This document shows positions 47,695 to 58,836 of a DNA stretch of 64,000 bases, piece after piece. The DNA comes from an uncultured Prevotella sp. Lineage in GTDB: Bacteria > Bacteroidota > Bacteroidia > Bacteroidales > Bacteroidaceae. The notes beneath the pieces are model-generated. The model had not been told where the DNA came from and made no database searches. It was given only the letters and a program-made list of their open reading frames with translations. The position numbers and the translations under genes are program-made. The stretch's first letter is position 1. The number at the start of each line of letters is the position of its first letter. The stretch covers positions 995 to 64,994 of the forward strand of contig UQRP01000009.1 in assembly GCA_900543585.1 (NCBI GenBank). Reading direction: 5' to 3'.

Positions 47695-48522
47695 ATGAAC
47701 ACAAGAGACTGGAAAAAGATTGAAGGGTTTGACTTTAAAGAGATTCTCTTTGAGGAATACAACCACATTGCTAAAATCACTATCAACCGTCCGCGATACC
47801 GCAACGCTTTCACTCCCCTTACCGTTTGGGAGATGAGCCAAGCCTTCACCTACTGCCGCGACCACCTCGACATCCGCGTGGTAATACTCACAGGAGCTGG
47901 CGACAAAGCTTTCTGCTCAGGCGGCGACATGCACGTCAAAGGGCGCGGTGGCTATGTTGGCTCGGATGGTGTGCCCCGCCTCAACGTCCTCGACGTACAG
48001 ATGCAGATACGGCGCTTGCCGAAACCCGTCATTGCTATGGTCAACGGCTATGCCATTGGCGGCGGACACGTCCTCCACGTCGTCTGCGATCTCACCATTG
48101 CCTCCGAGAATGCCATCTTCGGACAGACAGGGCCCAAAGTAGGAAGTTTCGACGCTGGTCTCGGTGCCAGCTACCTCGCACGCATCGTAGGACAGAAGAA
48201 AGCCCGGGAGATATGGTACCTCTGCCGACAGTATTCGGCGAAGGAAGCTGAACAGATGGGACTTGTCAACAAGGTTGTACCCTTCGACCAATTAGAGGAT
48301 GAGACCGTAGCATGGTGTGAGACCATCATGGAACGCTCTCCGCTGGCCATCCGCATGATGAAGGCGGGCTTCAACGCCGAACTCGACGGGCAGGCAGGCA
48401 TCCAGGAACTCGCCGGTGATGCCACCATGCTCTACTACACCCTCGACGAAGCGCAAGAAGGCGGGCGCGCTTTCCTGGAGAAGCGGAAGCCTGACTTCGA
48501 TAAATATCCACAATTCCCATAA
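47695..48522 (+). CDS. menB: 1,4-dihydroxy-2-naphthoyl-CoA synthase
   Basis: 'AFCSGGD', '[13 protein letters not shown]' and '[14 protein letters not shown]'. Confidence 0.95.
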   Translation: MNTRDWKKIEGFDFKEILFEEYNHIAKITINRPRYRNAFTPLTVWEMSQAFTYCRDHLDIRVVILTGAGDKAFCSGGDMHVKGRGGYVGSDGVPRLNVLDVQMQIRRLPKPVIAMVNGYAIGGGHVLHVVCDLTIASENAIFGQTGPKVGSFDAGLGASYLARIVGQKKAREIWYLCRQYSAKEAEQMGLVNKVVPFDQLEDETVAWCETIMERSPLAIRMMKAGFNAELDGQAGIQELAGDATMLYYTLDEAQEGGRAFLEKRKPDFDKYPQFP

Positions 48523-48608
48523 GACAGAGTAACAACAGCTCACCAAGAGCGACGAGGGATGAAATGCAGAACTAACATGGTCGCACAGCGACTAAGAACC
48601 TAAGAAAA

Positions 48609-48634
48609 CGGCTCCGATTAAACGGAGCCGCTTT
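48609..48634 (+). terminator. Probable terminator after menB
   Basis: cggctccg-attaaa-cggagccg followed by a short T run. Confidence 0.55.
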
Positions 48635-48825
48635 ACCAGACATCAATTATTAGTTATTAGAGTACTCATTCGTACTTTTTGGGGGGCTCTCTCAATATCC
48701 TTAAACTTATCCTCACACAGAGCCACAGCGAACACAAAGAAGGCTACACAAAAAAATAATATTGAGATTTGCGTAGCGTTTTCACATCTTTATCGTATTA
48801 GTAACAAACGCATCCGAAAATCTGA

Positions 48826-49329
48826 ATGGAAATTAGCGAGTTCATAGAATATGTAAAGCGATACCGACCTGAATTTGTCGGCATCGCACACCACTATTTC
48901 CATGATGAGCGCGAGGTGGAAGATGCCGTGCAAGATGCGCTGATTCGTTTGTGGATGGCAAGGAAAAGGATAGAGCCCCCCGAACGATTCCGCGAATATG
49001 GAGCAATAGCTACAAGAAACGTCTGCCTAGACAAAATAAGGGGAAGGCACGGCTATCACTTTGTGGAAGTGGATTGGGCGGAAGGCAAGACATCCGGCCC
49101 TACACCACAATCGAAGCTGGAAGAGTCTGAAAACGAGCGGCTGATGCAGCAATGTATGAAAAGCCTTCCTGCTAAATACAAGGAACTGATACAGATGAGA
49201 AACGGCGAGGGGTTGAGTTATAAGGACATAGCAAACCTCATTGGCAGTACAGAGTCATCGGTACGCGGTATGGTGGCGAAGGCACGGGCAATGCTCATCA
49301 CGCAATTCAACGAAAGGAGAAAGAAATGA
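48826..49329 (+). CDS. ECF sigma-70 factor
   Basis: 'EDAVQDALIRLW', 'RNVCLD' and region 4 'LSYKDIA...ESSVR'. Confidence 0.9.
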   Translation: MEISEFIEYVKRYRPEFVGIAHHYFHDEREVEDAVQDALIRLWMARKRIEPPERFREYGAIATRNVCLDKIRGRHGYHFVEVDWAEGKTSGPTPQSKLEESENERLMQQCMKSLPAKYKELIQMRNGEGLSYKDIANLIGSTESSVRGMVAKARAMLITQFNERRKK

Positions 49330-50030
49330 AGAAAGAAGAGTACATAGGACAGCTTCTCAAGAAGTTTATGCAAGCAGAGACTTCCGAACAACAGGAGTCG
49401 GAGCTTGCTGACTATTTCCGTCAGGCCAAGAAGCTCCCTGAAGAATGGGAGGCTTACAAGCAATACTTCAAGGTCTTCGACTCAGGAAAGGCGTCTTTCA
49501 GTACGGGTCACTCAACACCAATATTAAGAAGGTGTTGGCACTACGCTGTTGCTTGCATTGCTGCAATGGCAGTCTGTGCTGTTGCGTTGAGGTATACTTT
49601 ATACACTTCTGAGGGCGGTAAAAGGCTGGTAACAGAGACATCCAAGCAGGTGCAACAGACGGAAGCCCGAAAAGCGACAGACACAACTGACGTGAAAGGA
49701 AATTCAATGACAACGCTCGGAGCAAGGCCAAACACATCCGGAAAGGTATGCATGAAGCGAAGCGGCAACAGCACAAGCAGAAAGGCAAGCAGCACTGGGT
49801 ACGTCCCTGTTCCCCAACCTGTCGCAGCGACTGAAACCCGGCACTATGCTATGACATCAACAGAGACTAGGGTCGAAGAGCCTTCCCATCAAAGACGGGC
49901 CGCCGACATCGACGCCTCTGTCGCTTACATCAAATCAAGAGGTGAGAACCTTGAGAGACAAGTCTTGGCTTCAAAAGGCTACATTGAGTATAACATGGGT
50001 ATCAACAAAGACTTAGAGCAGAATTTATGA
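49326..50030 (+). CDS. Probable single-pass anti-sigma factor
   Basis: Overlaps the sigma stop; 'LLKKF...ETS..QE..L..YF' N-terminal domain, one TM helix, low-complexity periplasmic tail. Confidence 0.65.
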   Translation: MKKEEYIGQLLKKFMQAETSEQQESELADYFRQAKKLPEEWEAYKQYFKVFDSGKASFSTGHSTPILRRCWHYAVACIAAMAVCAVALRYTLYTSEGGKRLVTETSKQVQQTEARKATDTTDVKGNSMTTLGARPNTSGKVCMKRSGNSTSRKASSTGYVPVPQPVAATETRHYAMTSTETRVEEPSHQRRAADIDASVAYIKSRGENLERQVLASKGYIEYNMGINKDLEQNL

Positions 50031-51124
50031 AAAAGATGATAATGCTTGCAGCGTGTGTCTCTTTTGCGCTGGCATCGCTGGCACAAAAGCCCAACCCGGC
50101 TATAGTAAAACTCTTTAATGAGTTTGGCCATGCCGACATAGAACACACCTATTCTGCCGACAACAAAGGGCAGGAGTACTACCTTGCGCTCTATAAACTC
50201 CCCAAAGCCGACATAGATGATCTCATACAGTATAACAGGTTGGGACAGGCTGACTTTCCTTTCCAATTAGAGGGGACAAAGGAGTATATAGACTCTCAGC
50301 TCAAAGAAAGCGCGAAGGCTCAACATGATGAATCTATGATAAAGCCTGTCATCAAGCATACGCTTGACAGCCTTGCTCCGTTGTCAAAAGAATGCTACCA
50401 CTATGAAGTGCACAATAGCTTGAGTGATACCACCAAATATGTACTTGCGTTGAACAACATGCCGGAGGACTTATTTCAGCAGCGGGTAAAAGGGCGAGTA
50501 GAGAAGAAAGCGGGTAATGAATTCATTGACTATTTCAGCTACAACAGAGGTACTTTCCTGCATTATATTTTGCCACCACTACAGAGAAGCTCACTGGCGA
50601 CCCTTTATACTGAAGAATCGCTCAAGACTCATTTAGAAGCTATCCTGATAAAAAACAAGGGGAAGAAGTACACTGTCAGTTATGATATTAATTCTGGCAC
50701 TAACATCTATCCGCAGGATTGGTATATATTAAAACACTCTGACGAGTCACATTCCAAGAGCTATGGGACACATTATTATATCCCTACAACCCAAGATGCG
50801 CAGAACAGCCTTGTAAAGGAAATCGCAGAAGCAGTTACTCAGTTTCTGACGTCTACATCTGACACGTCAGAATATAGCCTTTTCTATACCCTTCCTTTAG
50901 GAAATGCCAAATACAACAGTTCCGCTTACGACCATCTGATATTTTGCATAGCAGAAAGTAGCGCGCGGCATTTCAGCATCAACATGAAGATGACCGACAA
51001 TGGGCTTCATGTGTTGTTGCTGTCAAATGAAGGAGAATGGCTTGTTCCCCGACGGTCATGGTGGAAAATCAAAGCCATCAGAGGGGAGAACATTGTGTAT
51101 GAGAAAGATTTCCTAAACGACTAA
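50027..51124 (+). CDS. Exported hypothetical protein
   Basis: Signal peptide 'MKKMIMLAAC...SLA-QK'; coupled by an ATGA overlap. Confidence 0.7.
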   Translation: MKKMIMLAACVSFALASLAQKPNPAIVKLFNEFGHADIEHTYSADNKGQEYYLALYKLPKADIDDLIQYNRLGQADFPFQLEGTKEYIDSQLKESAKAQHDESMIKPVIKHTLDSLAPLSKECYHYEVHNSLSDTTKYVLALNNMPEDLFQQRVKGRVEKKAGNEFIDYFSYNRGTFLHYILPPLQRSSLATLYTEESLKTHLEAILIKNKGKKYTVSYDINSGTNIYPQDWYILKHSDESHSKSYGTHYYIPTTQDAQNSLVKEIAEAVTQFLTSTSDTSEYSLFYTLPLGNAKYNSSAYDHLIFCIAESSARHFSINMKMTDNGLHVLLLSNEGEWLVPRRSWWKIKAIRGENIVYEKDFLND

Positions 51125-51134
51125 TAGCCCTTCC

Positions 51135-51803
51135 ATGAAAAAGATATTGTTGATATTGATGGTATGTATAAACGCCATCACATTGGCTGCACAAAAGCCG
51201 GGCGTGTATAAGAGAATAAGTTGCAAAGCTGGTGCCGAAACCAATATGCCCTATAAGAATGAATACATGATCGTCGGCATCAATGGCAGCACGATGCTTT
51301 TAGAACCTTATGTCCAGCGTAATTCCCAGAATGGAAAAGAAAGGATCCGCTTTCGAATAAAGCCGGGCTTTCTTCAGTCCGACGGAAGCAACAGCGACTC
51401 AACATACGCCGTAACGGCCAATCCACCGGAAGTAGAAGACTTGGTCAGCCTTCTCTCAAGGGATTTTACGACTCCGGCCAACAAAGTTCTTGGCGTGTGG
51501 TATCTTGAAGTTTCAGGCATCAAATGCTACAGGATATTCTCTCCGACACGTTCATTGCTGCTCTTTATCTACGAATCGCCGCAAGGCAGCATAGATACAG
51601 CCAATGCTATTCTGGAGGCTGTGAACTATGGCAAAGACCAAATCGTCGCCGAGGATGGTACGAGGTATTCGGTCCGTTGGAAAGGTGCTGATACAATGGT
51701 CGTAGCTTACGCCGTGGACGGCAAGCGACATCATGAGGAATGGACCCGTTCCAAACTGCCAGCTTACCTCTCTGGACTATTCACGCCACCTGGCACAAAC
51801 TGA
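51135..51803 (+). CDS. Exported hypothetical protein
   Basis: Signal peptide 'MKKILLIL...LAA-QK'; operonic spacing. Confidence 0.7.
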   Translation: MKKILLILMVCINAITLAAQKPGVYKRISCKAGAETNMPYKNEYMIVGINGSTMLLEPYVQRNSQNGKERIRFRIKPGFLQSDGSNSDSTYAVTANPPEVEDLVSLLSRDFTTPANKVLGVWYLEVSGIKCYRIFSPTRSLLLFIYESPQGSIDTANAILEAVNYGKDQIVAEDGTRYSVRWKGADTMVVAYAVDGKRHHEEWTRSKLPAYLSGLFTPPGTN

Positions 51804-51829
51804 AACAAGGATTATAGTCTATCGTCACC

Positions 51830-54622
51830 ATGAACAAAATCGCTTCTTTTTTTATCTTGGCATTATTATTCTGTCTGTCTGCCAAGGCTGCCGAAAACAA
51901 TCATAACGTACAGGGGCGTGTGGCCGACAAGATAACCGGCGACCCCATACCCGCCAAAGTGTTCTTGATGGATGCCGACAGCACCATCATTGCCTGTACC
52001 GAGGCCGCCATTGAGGAAGCCCCTTACCAAGATCAGATAGCCTTGTATGTGTTCAATGACAAACGGCTGCAAAAGGGGAAATACATCATCAAGGCATCCA
52101 TGTCTGGCTACAAGGACGCTTATGAGAACGTGACGTTGCAAAGTCAGCGGCAGACCGTGCTGATAGCCAAGCCCATACTGATGGAGCATGATGTTCACGA
52201 ACTGCAAGAGGTGACCGTCAAGGCTACGAAGATTAAGATGGTGATGCGCGGTGATACGATTGTGTATAATGCCGATGCCTTCAATCTGGCGGAAGGCAGC
52301 ATGCTCGACGCACTCGTCGCCCGACTGCCGGGGGCACGGTTGACGAGAGACGGACAGATATTTGTCAACGGGCGGCTCGTCAAGAGTCTGCTTGTCAACG
52401 GCCGGGATTTCTTCAGTGGCAATCCGAAGATGGCTCTGGAGAACCTGCCTTCCTATACGGTCAGCAAGATCAAGGTCTATGACCGGGAGGGGCAAAGCTC
52501 TCGTCTGATGCAAAGGGATATGGGCGACAAGAGCCTGGTGATGGATGTCAAACTGAAAAAGGAATACTACGCCACCCTCTTTGGCAACGTCGAGGCAGGA
52601 GTGGGCACCGACGGCCGCTTTGCGCTGAAAGGCTTCGGAATGAAGTCTTCTCGCAAAGAGATGTTCTTTGCTTTCACCAACATCAACAACCTCAGTGACA
52701 ACCAGAAAGCCGACATGACCGGTCAATGGACTCCGCAGGAAACGCCCAACGGTCTGCTGACCAACCGCTCTGCCAATGTCAGCTATGCGAGATTCTATGA
52801 CAGCAGTATGGACAAGTGGTTCAGCACGCAAAACACCATATCACATGATGACATTGACTGGCAAACGAGGAAAAACGCAGAGACCTTCCTGCCAGGAGGC
52901 AACCTTATCAGACAGTCGATGGGCCAAACAGACACGAAGGCTACAGTCTTTGACAGCCAGAATGCCTTGCACTATGGCGAAAGGGGCAAATACTCCACCA
53001 TGACCAGCCTCAACTTCCACTATCAGCGCAACAGAAAATACACAGACGCATACGCGGCCTGTTCCGATTCGACCTCCTTATTGAATGAACTCATGGAGCG
53101 GAGCAAGGAGAAAAGCGAGAACTATCATTTGACATTGACTAACAGCAGTACGCTGAAACATATCACCGACCTCCTGCATTCCGATTTCAGTATGGAGTAT
53201 GACAAGCTTCACGGCAACACCTTCTCGCTCTACGACCTGAGGTATGAGGAGGCAAGTCTGTCACGCGACTTCCGCAACAAATACCTGGCAAGCGACAGCA
53301 GACACTGGGATGTGAAGGAGGGCATTGCCTACGACTGGAACTGGCCGGGATGGAGTCTGCGCCCACAATACCAGTACGAATATAAATACAACAAGACCAA
53401 TAGCGCCCTTTACAGGCTTGACAAACTTGAAAACTGCGACAGCACGCTCTACGACCTCCTTCCGTCGTCGCGGGCGGCCCTGCTGAAGGTACTGGATGAC
53501 AACAACAGCTATTATTACACAGAATACCAGAATCACCACCGACTGATGCTGGAATGGGAAATCAATGCTGCCACCGGCCACAATAAGATGAACATCGAAT
53601 ACGGCTACATCCGCCTACCCATTCGCTTCGTCAACAAGAACCTTTATTACACGCGCATGGGCCGTCACGACGTGTCTGCACATGAGGTGTTCTTCGAGCC
53701 CGAGGCCTACTTCACAGGCGGCAAGTCGGTCAGATGGGAACTGAATGCCAGCATAAAGTCAGAGATTCCCGATTTGGTCAAGAAGGTTGACTACCGCGAT
53801 GACTCTGACCCGTTGTTTCTCTTCTCTGGCAACCCGAATCTGAAAAACATCCATCGTTATCAGGCTTCGCTTCTCTTGCGCCATGAGGGAGATGGACAAC
53901 GAATATGGAACGCATCGGTGAAATACGACAAGACCGACAACGACATCGCATACGCAACTCTTTACGACATGCGCACGGGCATCTCCACCCTCTTGCCTGT
54001 CAGCGTCAACGGCAATTGGCGCATGGAAGGACAGACAGGGCTGAGCCTGCCATTAGACAGCGCACGCCGATGGACGATTGGCAACCAACTGTCCGTGCGC
54101 TACAACCACGATGTCGACATGACAACTACCGAGAAGGACGCGGCAAGCATGGGCAGCATCGTAAACAACTGGCAGTTGGAAGATGAGGTAAAGCTGAACT
54201 TCCGCCCGAATGACCGTATGGAGTTTGCTCTTCTGGCCGGTGGGACGTACTACTTCATCCACAGCCGGCGCAACGGCTTCAACAATGTCCATGCCGGTGA
54301 CTACAAAGTAGGCCTTACAACAGAGTTCCAACTCCCGTGGAGCATTGCCTTTGGCTCGGACATGACATTATACGCCCGTCGGGGGTACTACGAAAGTATG
54401 ATGAACACTACAGACTGGGTATGGAACGCCCATCTGAGCCGCAGCTTGATGAAGGGGGCGCTGGTCGTCAAACTCACAGGTTTCGACCTGTTACACCAGC
54501 TGACCAACACCCGCTATGAGATGAACGCCCAAGGCCGTACAGAAGTTTGGTACAACAGCCTTCCCCGCTATATGATGCTTTCACTTGCCTGGAGATTCAA
54601 TATCAGCCCAAAACAGAAGTGA
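51830..54622 (+). CDS. Outer membrane beta-barrel protein with CarboxypepD-like N-terminal domain
   Basis: 'LQEVTVKA..IKM..RGDTIVYNADAF....GSML..L...LPG', 'GNPNLK' and C-terminal 'PRY.ML...WRF'. Confidence 0.8.
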   Translation: MNKIASFFILALLFCLSAKAAENNHNVQGRVADKITGDPIPAKVFLMDADSTIIACTEAAIEEAPYQDQIALYVFNDKRLQKGKYIIKASMSGYKDAYENVTLQSQRQTVLIAKPILMEHDVHELQEVTVKATKIKMVMRGDTIVYNADAFNLAEGSMLDALVARLPGARLTRDGQIFVNGRLVKSLLVNGRDFFSGNPKMALENLPSYTVSKIKVYDREGQSSRLMQRDMGDKSLVMDVKLKKEYYATLFGNVEAGVGTDGRFALKGFGMKSSRKEMFFAFTNINNLSDNQKADMTGQWTPQETPNGLLTNRSANVSYARFYDSSMDKWFSTQNTISHDDIDWQTRKNAETFLPGGNLIRQSMGQTDTKATVFDSQNALHYGERGKYSTMTSLNFHYQRNRKYTDAYAACSDSTSLLNELMERSKEKSENYHLTLTNSSTLKHITDLLHSDFSMEYDKLHGNTFSLYDLRYEEASLSRDFRNKYLASDSRHWDVKEGIAYDWNWPGWSLRPQYQYEYKYNKTNSALYRLDKLENCDSTLYDLLPSSRAALLKVLDDNNSYYYTEYQNHHRLMLEWEINAATGHNKMNIEYGYIRLPIRFVNKNLYYTRMGRHDVSAHEVFFEPEAYFTGGKSVRWELNASIKSEIPDLVKKVDYRDDSDPLFLFSGNPNLKNIHRYQASLLLRHEGDGQRIWNASVKYDKTDNDIAYATLYDMRTGISTLLPVSVNGNWRMEGQTGLSLPLDSARRWTIGNQLSVRYNHDVDMTTTEKDAASMGSIVNNWQLEDEVKLNFRPNDRMEFALLAGGTYYFIHSRRNGFNNVHAGDYKVGLTTEFQLPWSIAFGSDMTLYARRGYYESMMNTTDWVWNAHLSRSLMKGALVVKLTGFDLLHQLTNTRYEMNAQGRTEVWYNSLPRYMMLSLAWRFNISPKQK

Positions 54623-54689
54623 TGTATCAACAACAATCTGCCCATATCCCGATGTTATCAAATGATACAATCTTAGATTGTTTTCTCCG

Positions 54690-55346
54690 TCATAAATAGC
54701 GCATAAGGATATCCCATACCGCTATGATATGGCATACACTTCCAGCGAGGACGAAGAAGTGGAAGACGGTGTGCATATAACGACGATGTCGGATGGTATA
54801 GAACAGGGCACCCGTGACATAGCACACACCCTCTGCAATGATCCAGATGACGGTGGCCGGGCTGACGGCATCTATCAACGGCTTAAAGGCGACAAGGACG
54901 CTCATGCCCATACCTATATACACCAATGTCTCGAGATTGCTGTGCGCCTTCAGTTTATGAAAGCTCATGATGGTCCCCACGATAGCACAGAGCCAGACAA
55001 AACAAAACAGCGTCCAGCCCCAATAGCCCTGATTGCGTAAGGCAATGAGCGTTATCGGAGAATAAGAGCCGGCGATATGCCAGTAGATAGCGGCATGGTC
55101 CCATTTCCGCAGTCGTTCTTTCCATGGTGACCATGCTGACAATGCATGATAGACAGTGGAAGCGATATACGACCCGAGCATACCCACCAAATAGAGGATG
55201 ACACCGGCCGTTGCCCAACCATTGCCATGAGAGAAACAGAAATAGAGGAAGATGGCACCGAAGGCGACACCTAAGAAGATGCCACCAGCATGGCTCCAGG
55301 AGTTCCACAACTCCTCCTTATGGCTATAGAATATCTTTAACTTCAT
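54690..55346 (-). CDS. Hemolysin III / PAQR family membrane protein
   Basis: 'EELWNSWSH', 'STVYH', 'DHAAIY..IAGSYSP' and 'HTVFHFFVLAGS..H'. Confidence 0.9.
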   Translation of the reverse strand: MKLKIFYSHKEELWNSWSHAGGIFLGVAFGAIFLYFCFSHGNGWATAGVILYLVGMLGSYIASTVYHALSAWSPWKERLRKWDHAAIYWHIAGSYSPITLIALRNQGYWGWTLFCFVWLCAIVGTIMSFHKLKAHSNLETLVYIGMGMSVLVAFKPLIDAVSPATVIWIIAEGVCYVTGALFYTIRHRRYMHTVFHFFVLAGSVCHIIAVWDILMRYL

Positions 55347-55467
55347 CGTCGATTGTGATAAACGGCTGTAAAGGTAGCGTAAAAGAAGAGAAAAGTCGAA
55401 ACAATGTTTGCTTTTTTATCTGTTTTTTTCTTACTTTTGCCTTTACACAACAAAAAACGATGAAAAG

Positions 55468-56496
55468 ATGAACTACCATATCACCGACAAGGTGCTACAC
55501 TTCAAGCAGCCGGCCGGCACCAGCCGCGGTGTCTACACCACCCACCACTCCTATTATGTCACCCTTGAAGAAGACGGTGTCAGCGGTACCGGCGAGTGTT
55601 CTACCCTCCCTGACCTGAGTTGCGACGCCATGAGCAACGAGCGCTACCTTGCCCTGCTCCACAACGCCTGCGACATGGTCCAGCGCTTAGGCGGCATACC
55701 CTACGAGATGCTGCGCCCCTACCCTTCCATCCTCTTCGGTCTGGAGACCGCCTTTGCGCAACTTGACGCTAAAGGATCCACGGCGCTCTTTGATACCCCC
55801 TTCAGCCGCGGTGAAGAAGGCATCCCCATCAACGGACTTGTATGGATGGGAACCTTCGAAGAGATGTATGCCCGACTGGAAGAGAAGCTGAAAGCAGGTT
55901 TCCATTGTGTCAAACTGAAAATAGGAGCTATCGACTTCAACAAAGAGTTGGAACTTGTACGCCACATCCGGGAGTGTTTCACCAAAGAGCAGGTAGAGCT
56001 GCGTGTCGATGCCAATGGTGGTTTCACGCCAGAGAATGCCATGGAGCGTTTGGAAGCCCTGGCCAAATACGACATCCACTCTATCGAACAGCCTATCAGG
56101 CAACATCAGTGGAAGGCGATGGCCCGGCTCTGCCAGCTGTCACCTCTGCCCATTGCCCTTGACGAAGAGCTCATCGGTGTCAATGACATAGAAAAGAAAA
56201 CGCGACTCCTCGACGAGATACATCCGGCTTACTTGGTGCTTAAGCCAAGTCTGCATGGCGGTATGAATGGTTGCAGAGAATGGATACGATTAGCCACAGA
56301 GCGCGGCATAGCTTCATGGATAACCTCAGCCTTGGAGAGCAATATCGGTCTGAACAGTATCGCCCACTTCTGCGCCAGTGTCTACGGGCCCCATATCACC
56401 TTTCCACAAGGGCTGGGCACCGGTCTGCTCTACAAAGACAATATCGACATGCCGTTGGAAATTCGTGGCGACAAACTCTGGTATGGGAATAAATAA
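55468..56496 (+). CDS. menC: o-succinylbenzoate synthase
   Basis: Enolase-superfamily motifs 'KLKIG', 'RVDANG', 'IEQP', 'ALDE' and 'KPSLHGG'. Confidence 0.85.
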   Translation: MNYHITDKVLHFKQPAGTSRGVYTTHHSYYVTLEEDGVSGTGECSTLPDLSCDAMSNERYLALLHNACDMVQRLGGIPYEMLRPYPSILFGLETAFAQLDAKGSTALFDTPFSRGEEGIPINGLVWMGTFEEMYARLEEKLKAGFHCVKLKIGAIDFNKELELVRHIRECFTKEQVELRVDANGGFTPENAMERLEALAKYDIHSIEQPIRQHQWKAMARLCQLSPLPIALDEELIGVNDIEKKTRLLDEIHPAYLVLKPSLHGGMNGCREWIRLATERGIASWITSALESNIGLNSIAHFCASVYGPHITFPQGLGTGLLYKDNIDMPLEIRGDKLWYGNK

Positions 56497-56508
56497 GGAC
56501 GTAAAGCT

Positions 56509-57522
56509 ATGTCAACAATGACCTTAGAAGATTTCTTAGAAGAATGGAACAATGGTTCCGACAAACTACTTGTTCACACCAGCGGCTCCACAGGACATCC
56601 CAAGCCCATGTGGGTAGAGAAAGCGAAGATGCTGAACTCAGCCCGTATCACCTGCGACTTCCTCGGGCTCAGAGCCGGTGACACGGCCCTGCTCTGTATG
56701 CCGCTCGACTACATTGCCGGTAAGATGGTCGTCGTCAGAGCTATTGAGCGACATCTCAGACTCATCAACGAGAAGCCGAGTGGGCATCCGTTGGCAACCC
56801 CTTTCAAGGAACTCAAGGATGGCGAGCCGCTGACCTTCGCCGCCATGGTACCGCTGCAAGTCTATAACACCCTCATGATACCCGAGGAGTGCCAACGGCT
56901 CAGAACCATCAGACACCTCATCATCGGTGGCGGAGCTATCGACAAAAAGATGTCTGAAGCCCTACGCGACTTTCCCAACAATATCTGGAGCAGCTATGCC
57001 ATGACAGAGACGCTCTCGCATATTGCCCTACGCAGAGTCAACGGCCCTGACGCCAATGACTGGTATACGCCTTTTGATACCGTCGACATCAGTCAAGCTG
57101 CAGACGGATGTCTCGTCATCAATGCGCCACTCGTCCATGATGGTATTCTGAAAACCAACGACATCGTAGAGATAAGGGAGACAGCGGTCAAGGGAAAGAT
57201 GCAGAAACAGTTCCGTGTCGTTGGCCGTAAAGACAACGTCATCAATTCCGGGGGAATAAAGATACAAATAGAAGAAGTAGAGAGTGCTTTGAAACCTTTT
57301 CTCAAAGCGCCCTTTGCCATCACAAAAGCCCCGGACGAGAAGTTCGGAGAGAAGGTCGTCCTTGTGACAGAGGCTCACGACATGTCGGAAATACAAGAAA
57401 TCTGCGTCAACGCCCTGCTCCACTACTGGCAGCCCCGCCGCTATCTGCATGTTGACAGCATCCCGATGACAGAGACCGGGAAGCCGGCAAGGCAGCAGAT
57501 AGAGCAGATAGCGAGAGGCTGA
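56509..57522 (+). CDS. menE: O-succinylbenzoate-CoA ligase
   Basis: 'TSGSTGHPK', 'SYAMTET' and 'GRKDNVINSGGIK'; follows menC. Confidence 0.85.
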   Translation: MSTMTLEDFLEEWNNGSDKLLVHTSGSTGHPKPMWVEKAKMLNSARITCDFLGLRAGDTALLCMPLDYIAGKMVVVRAIERHLRLINEKPSGHPLATPFKELKDGEPLTFAAMVPLQVYNTLMIPEECQRLRTIRHLIIGGGAIDKKMSEALRDFPNNIWSSYAMTETLSHIALRRVNGPDANDWYTPFDTVDISQAADGCLVINAPLVHDGILKTNDIVEIRETAVKGKMQKQFRVVGRKDNVINSGGIKIQIEEVESALKPFLKAPFAITKAPDEKFGEKVVLVTEAHDMSEIQEICVNALLHYWQPRRYLHVDSIPMTETGKPARQQIEQIARG

Positions 57523-57538
57523 CTGACAAGACAAATTA

Positions 57539-58603
57539 TCAGCCTTCGCGATAGAAGTCGAGACATTCCTTTATCTCGTCCTCTGAAGCCGTCTGATTGA
57601 TATGTATCTCACCGACACCAGAGAGAAGGGTGAAGTTGATAACGCCTGCCGTATTTTTCTTGTCATGGCGCATAATCTCTATCAGCGTAGGATAGTCATC
57701 GCAAGTGATAGGCATGAAGCCGTAGTTCTCACGGATATACGTCACCGTCTGCCGCATCTTGTCTGTAGGGAATTCCGCCTTGATGGCAGAGAGGTAGAGC
57801 TCACAGATGACACCGTAGGCTACGGCATAACCGTGAAGGATAGGCTCTGTGCCATTCTCTTTCGACCTGTCCAGCGAGAAACTCTCGAAGGCATGGCCGA
57901 AAGTATGACCGAAGTTCAAAGCCTTGCGGATGCCTTTCTCCTTGGGGTCTTTCTCCACAATGCGCTCTTTAATCCTTACCGACGTATCGAGCATGTCAGC
58001 CAAATGGTCAAGGTCGGGGTGGTCAAGGTCAAAGTTGAGGAGCTCAGCCCAATTCTTGTCATTGGAGATAAGGCCATGCTTGAGCATCTCGCCATAGCCT
58101 GACCGAAGATTCTTATCGTCGAGGGTTTTGAGGAAGCCGGTGTCCAGAAGAACGAACTTAGCGTCATTGAACACACCCACCTCATTCTTAAGATTATCAA
58201 GATTGATGCCGGTCTTTCCACCTACTGAGGCGTCGACCATCGCCAAGAGCGTTGTCGGGATATTGATAAAATCAATGCCACGCTTGAACGTTGAAGCGGC
58301 AAATCCGCCCAAATCCGTCACCATGCCTCCACCTAAGTTGATGAGCAGTGAATGGCGGGTAGCATGACCACGCTCAAGGGCCCGCCAGACATAGACCAAC
58401 GATTCGATGTTCTTGTGAGTATCAGTGGGCGCGATGGTAATAACGGTAGCATCACGCAGACCTATGAAGTTTTCTATCACCGGCCAGCATTTTCCACGTG
58501 TAGTATCATCAGTGAGGACAAAGATGCGGTCGTGCTCGCACTCGGATATTGCCATTGCCAAGTCCGTGGCAAGGCTCTTTGTGATAATAACTCTCTGTTT
58601 CAT
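57539..58603 (-). CDS. aroB: 3-dehydroquinate synthase
   Basis: 'GGGMVTDLGGF', 'PTTLLAMVDASVGGKTG' and 'LNFGHTFGHA'. Confidence 0.95.
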   Translation of the reverse strand: MKQRVIITKSLATDLAMAISECEHDRIFVLTDDTTRGKCWPVIENFIGLRDATVITIAPTDTHKNIESLVYVWRALERGHATRHSLLINLGGGMVTDLGGFAASTFKRGIDFINIPTTLLAMVDASVGGKTGINLDNLKNEVGVFNDAKFVLLDTGFLKTLDDKNLRSGYGEMLKHGLISNDKNWAELLNFDLDHPDLDHLADMLDTSVRIKERIVEKDPKEKGIRKALNFGHTFGHAFESFSLDRSKENGTEPILHGYAVAYGVICELYLSAIKAEFPTDKMRQTVTYIRENYGFMPITCDDYPTLIEIMRHDKKNTAGVINFTLLSGVGEIHINQTASEDEIKECLDFYREG

Positions 58604-58836
58604 AATCTTATACTTAACGTGTGGTTGACGTATCATTTTTCTTTAATTCTACAAATATAATGATAAAGACAACAAGAAGTTTTAAAGGCTCACGATAAAT
58701 TAGAACTTTTTAATACTTACGGTCGCCGTTTTGCTCATATCAGGCCATCAGTGTGCAATATTTTTTTGCGCAACAACTTAAACCAAGTTGCATTGTCAAC
58801 GTCTATACGTATAGATAACAATCCTATTTTTAAAAG

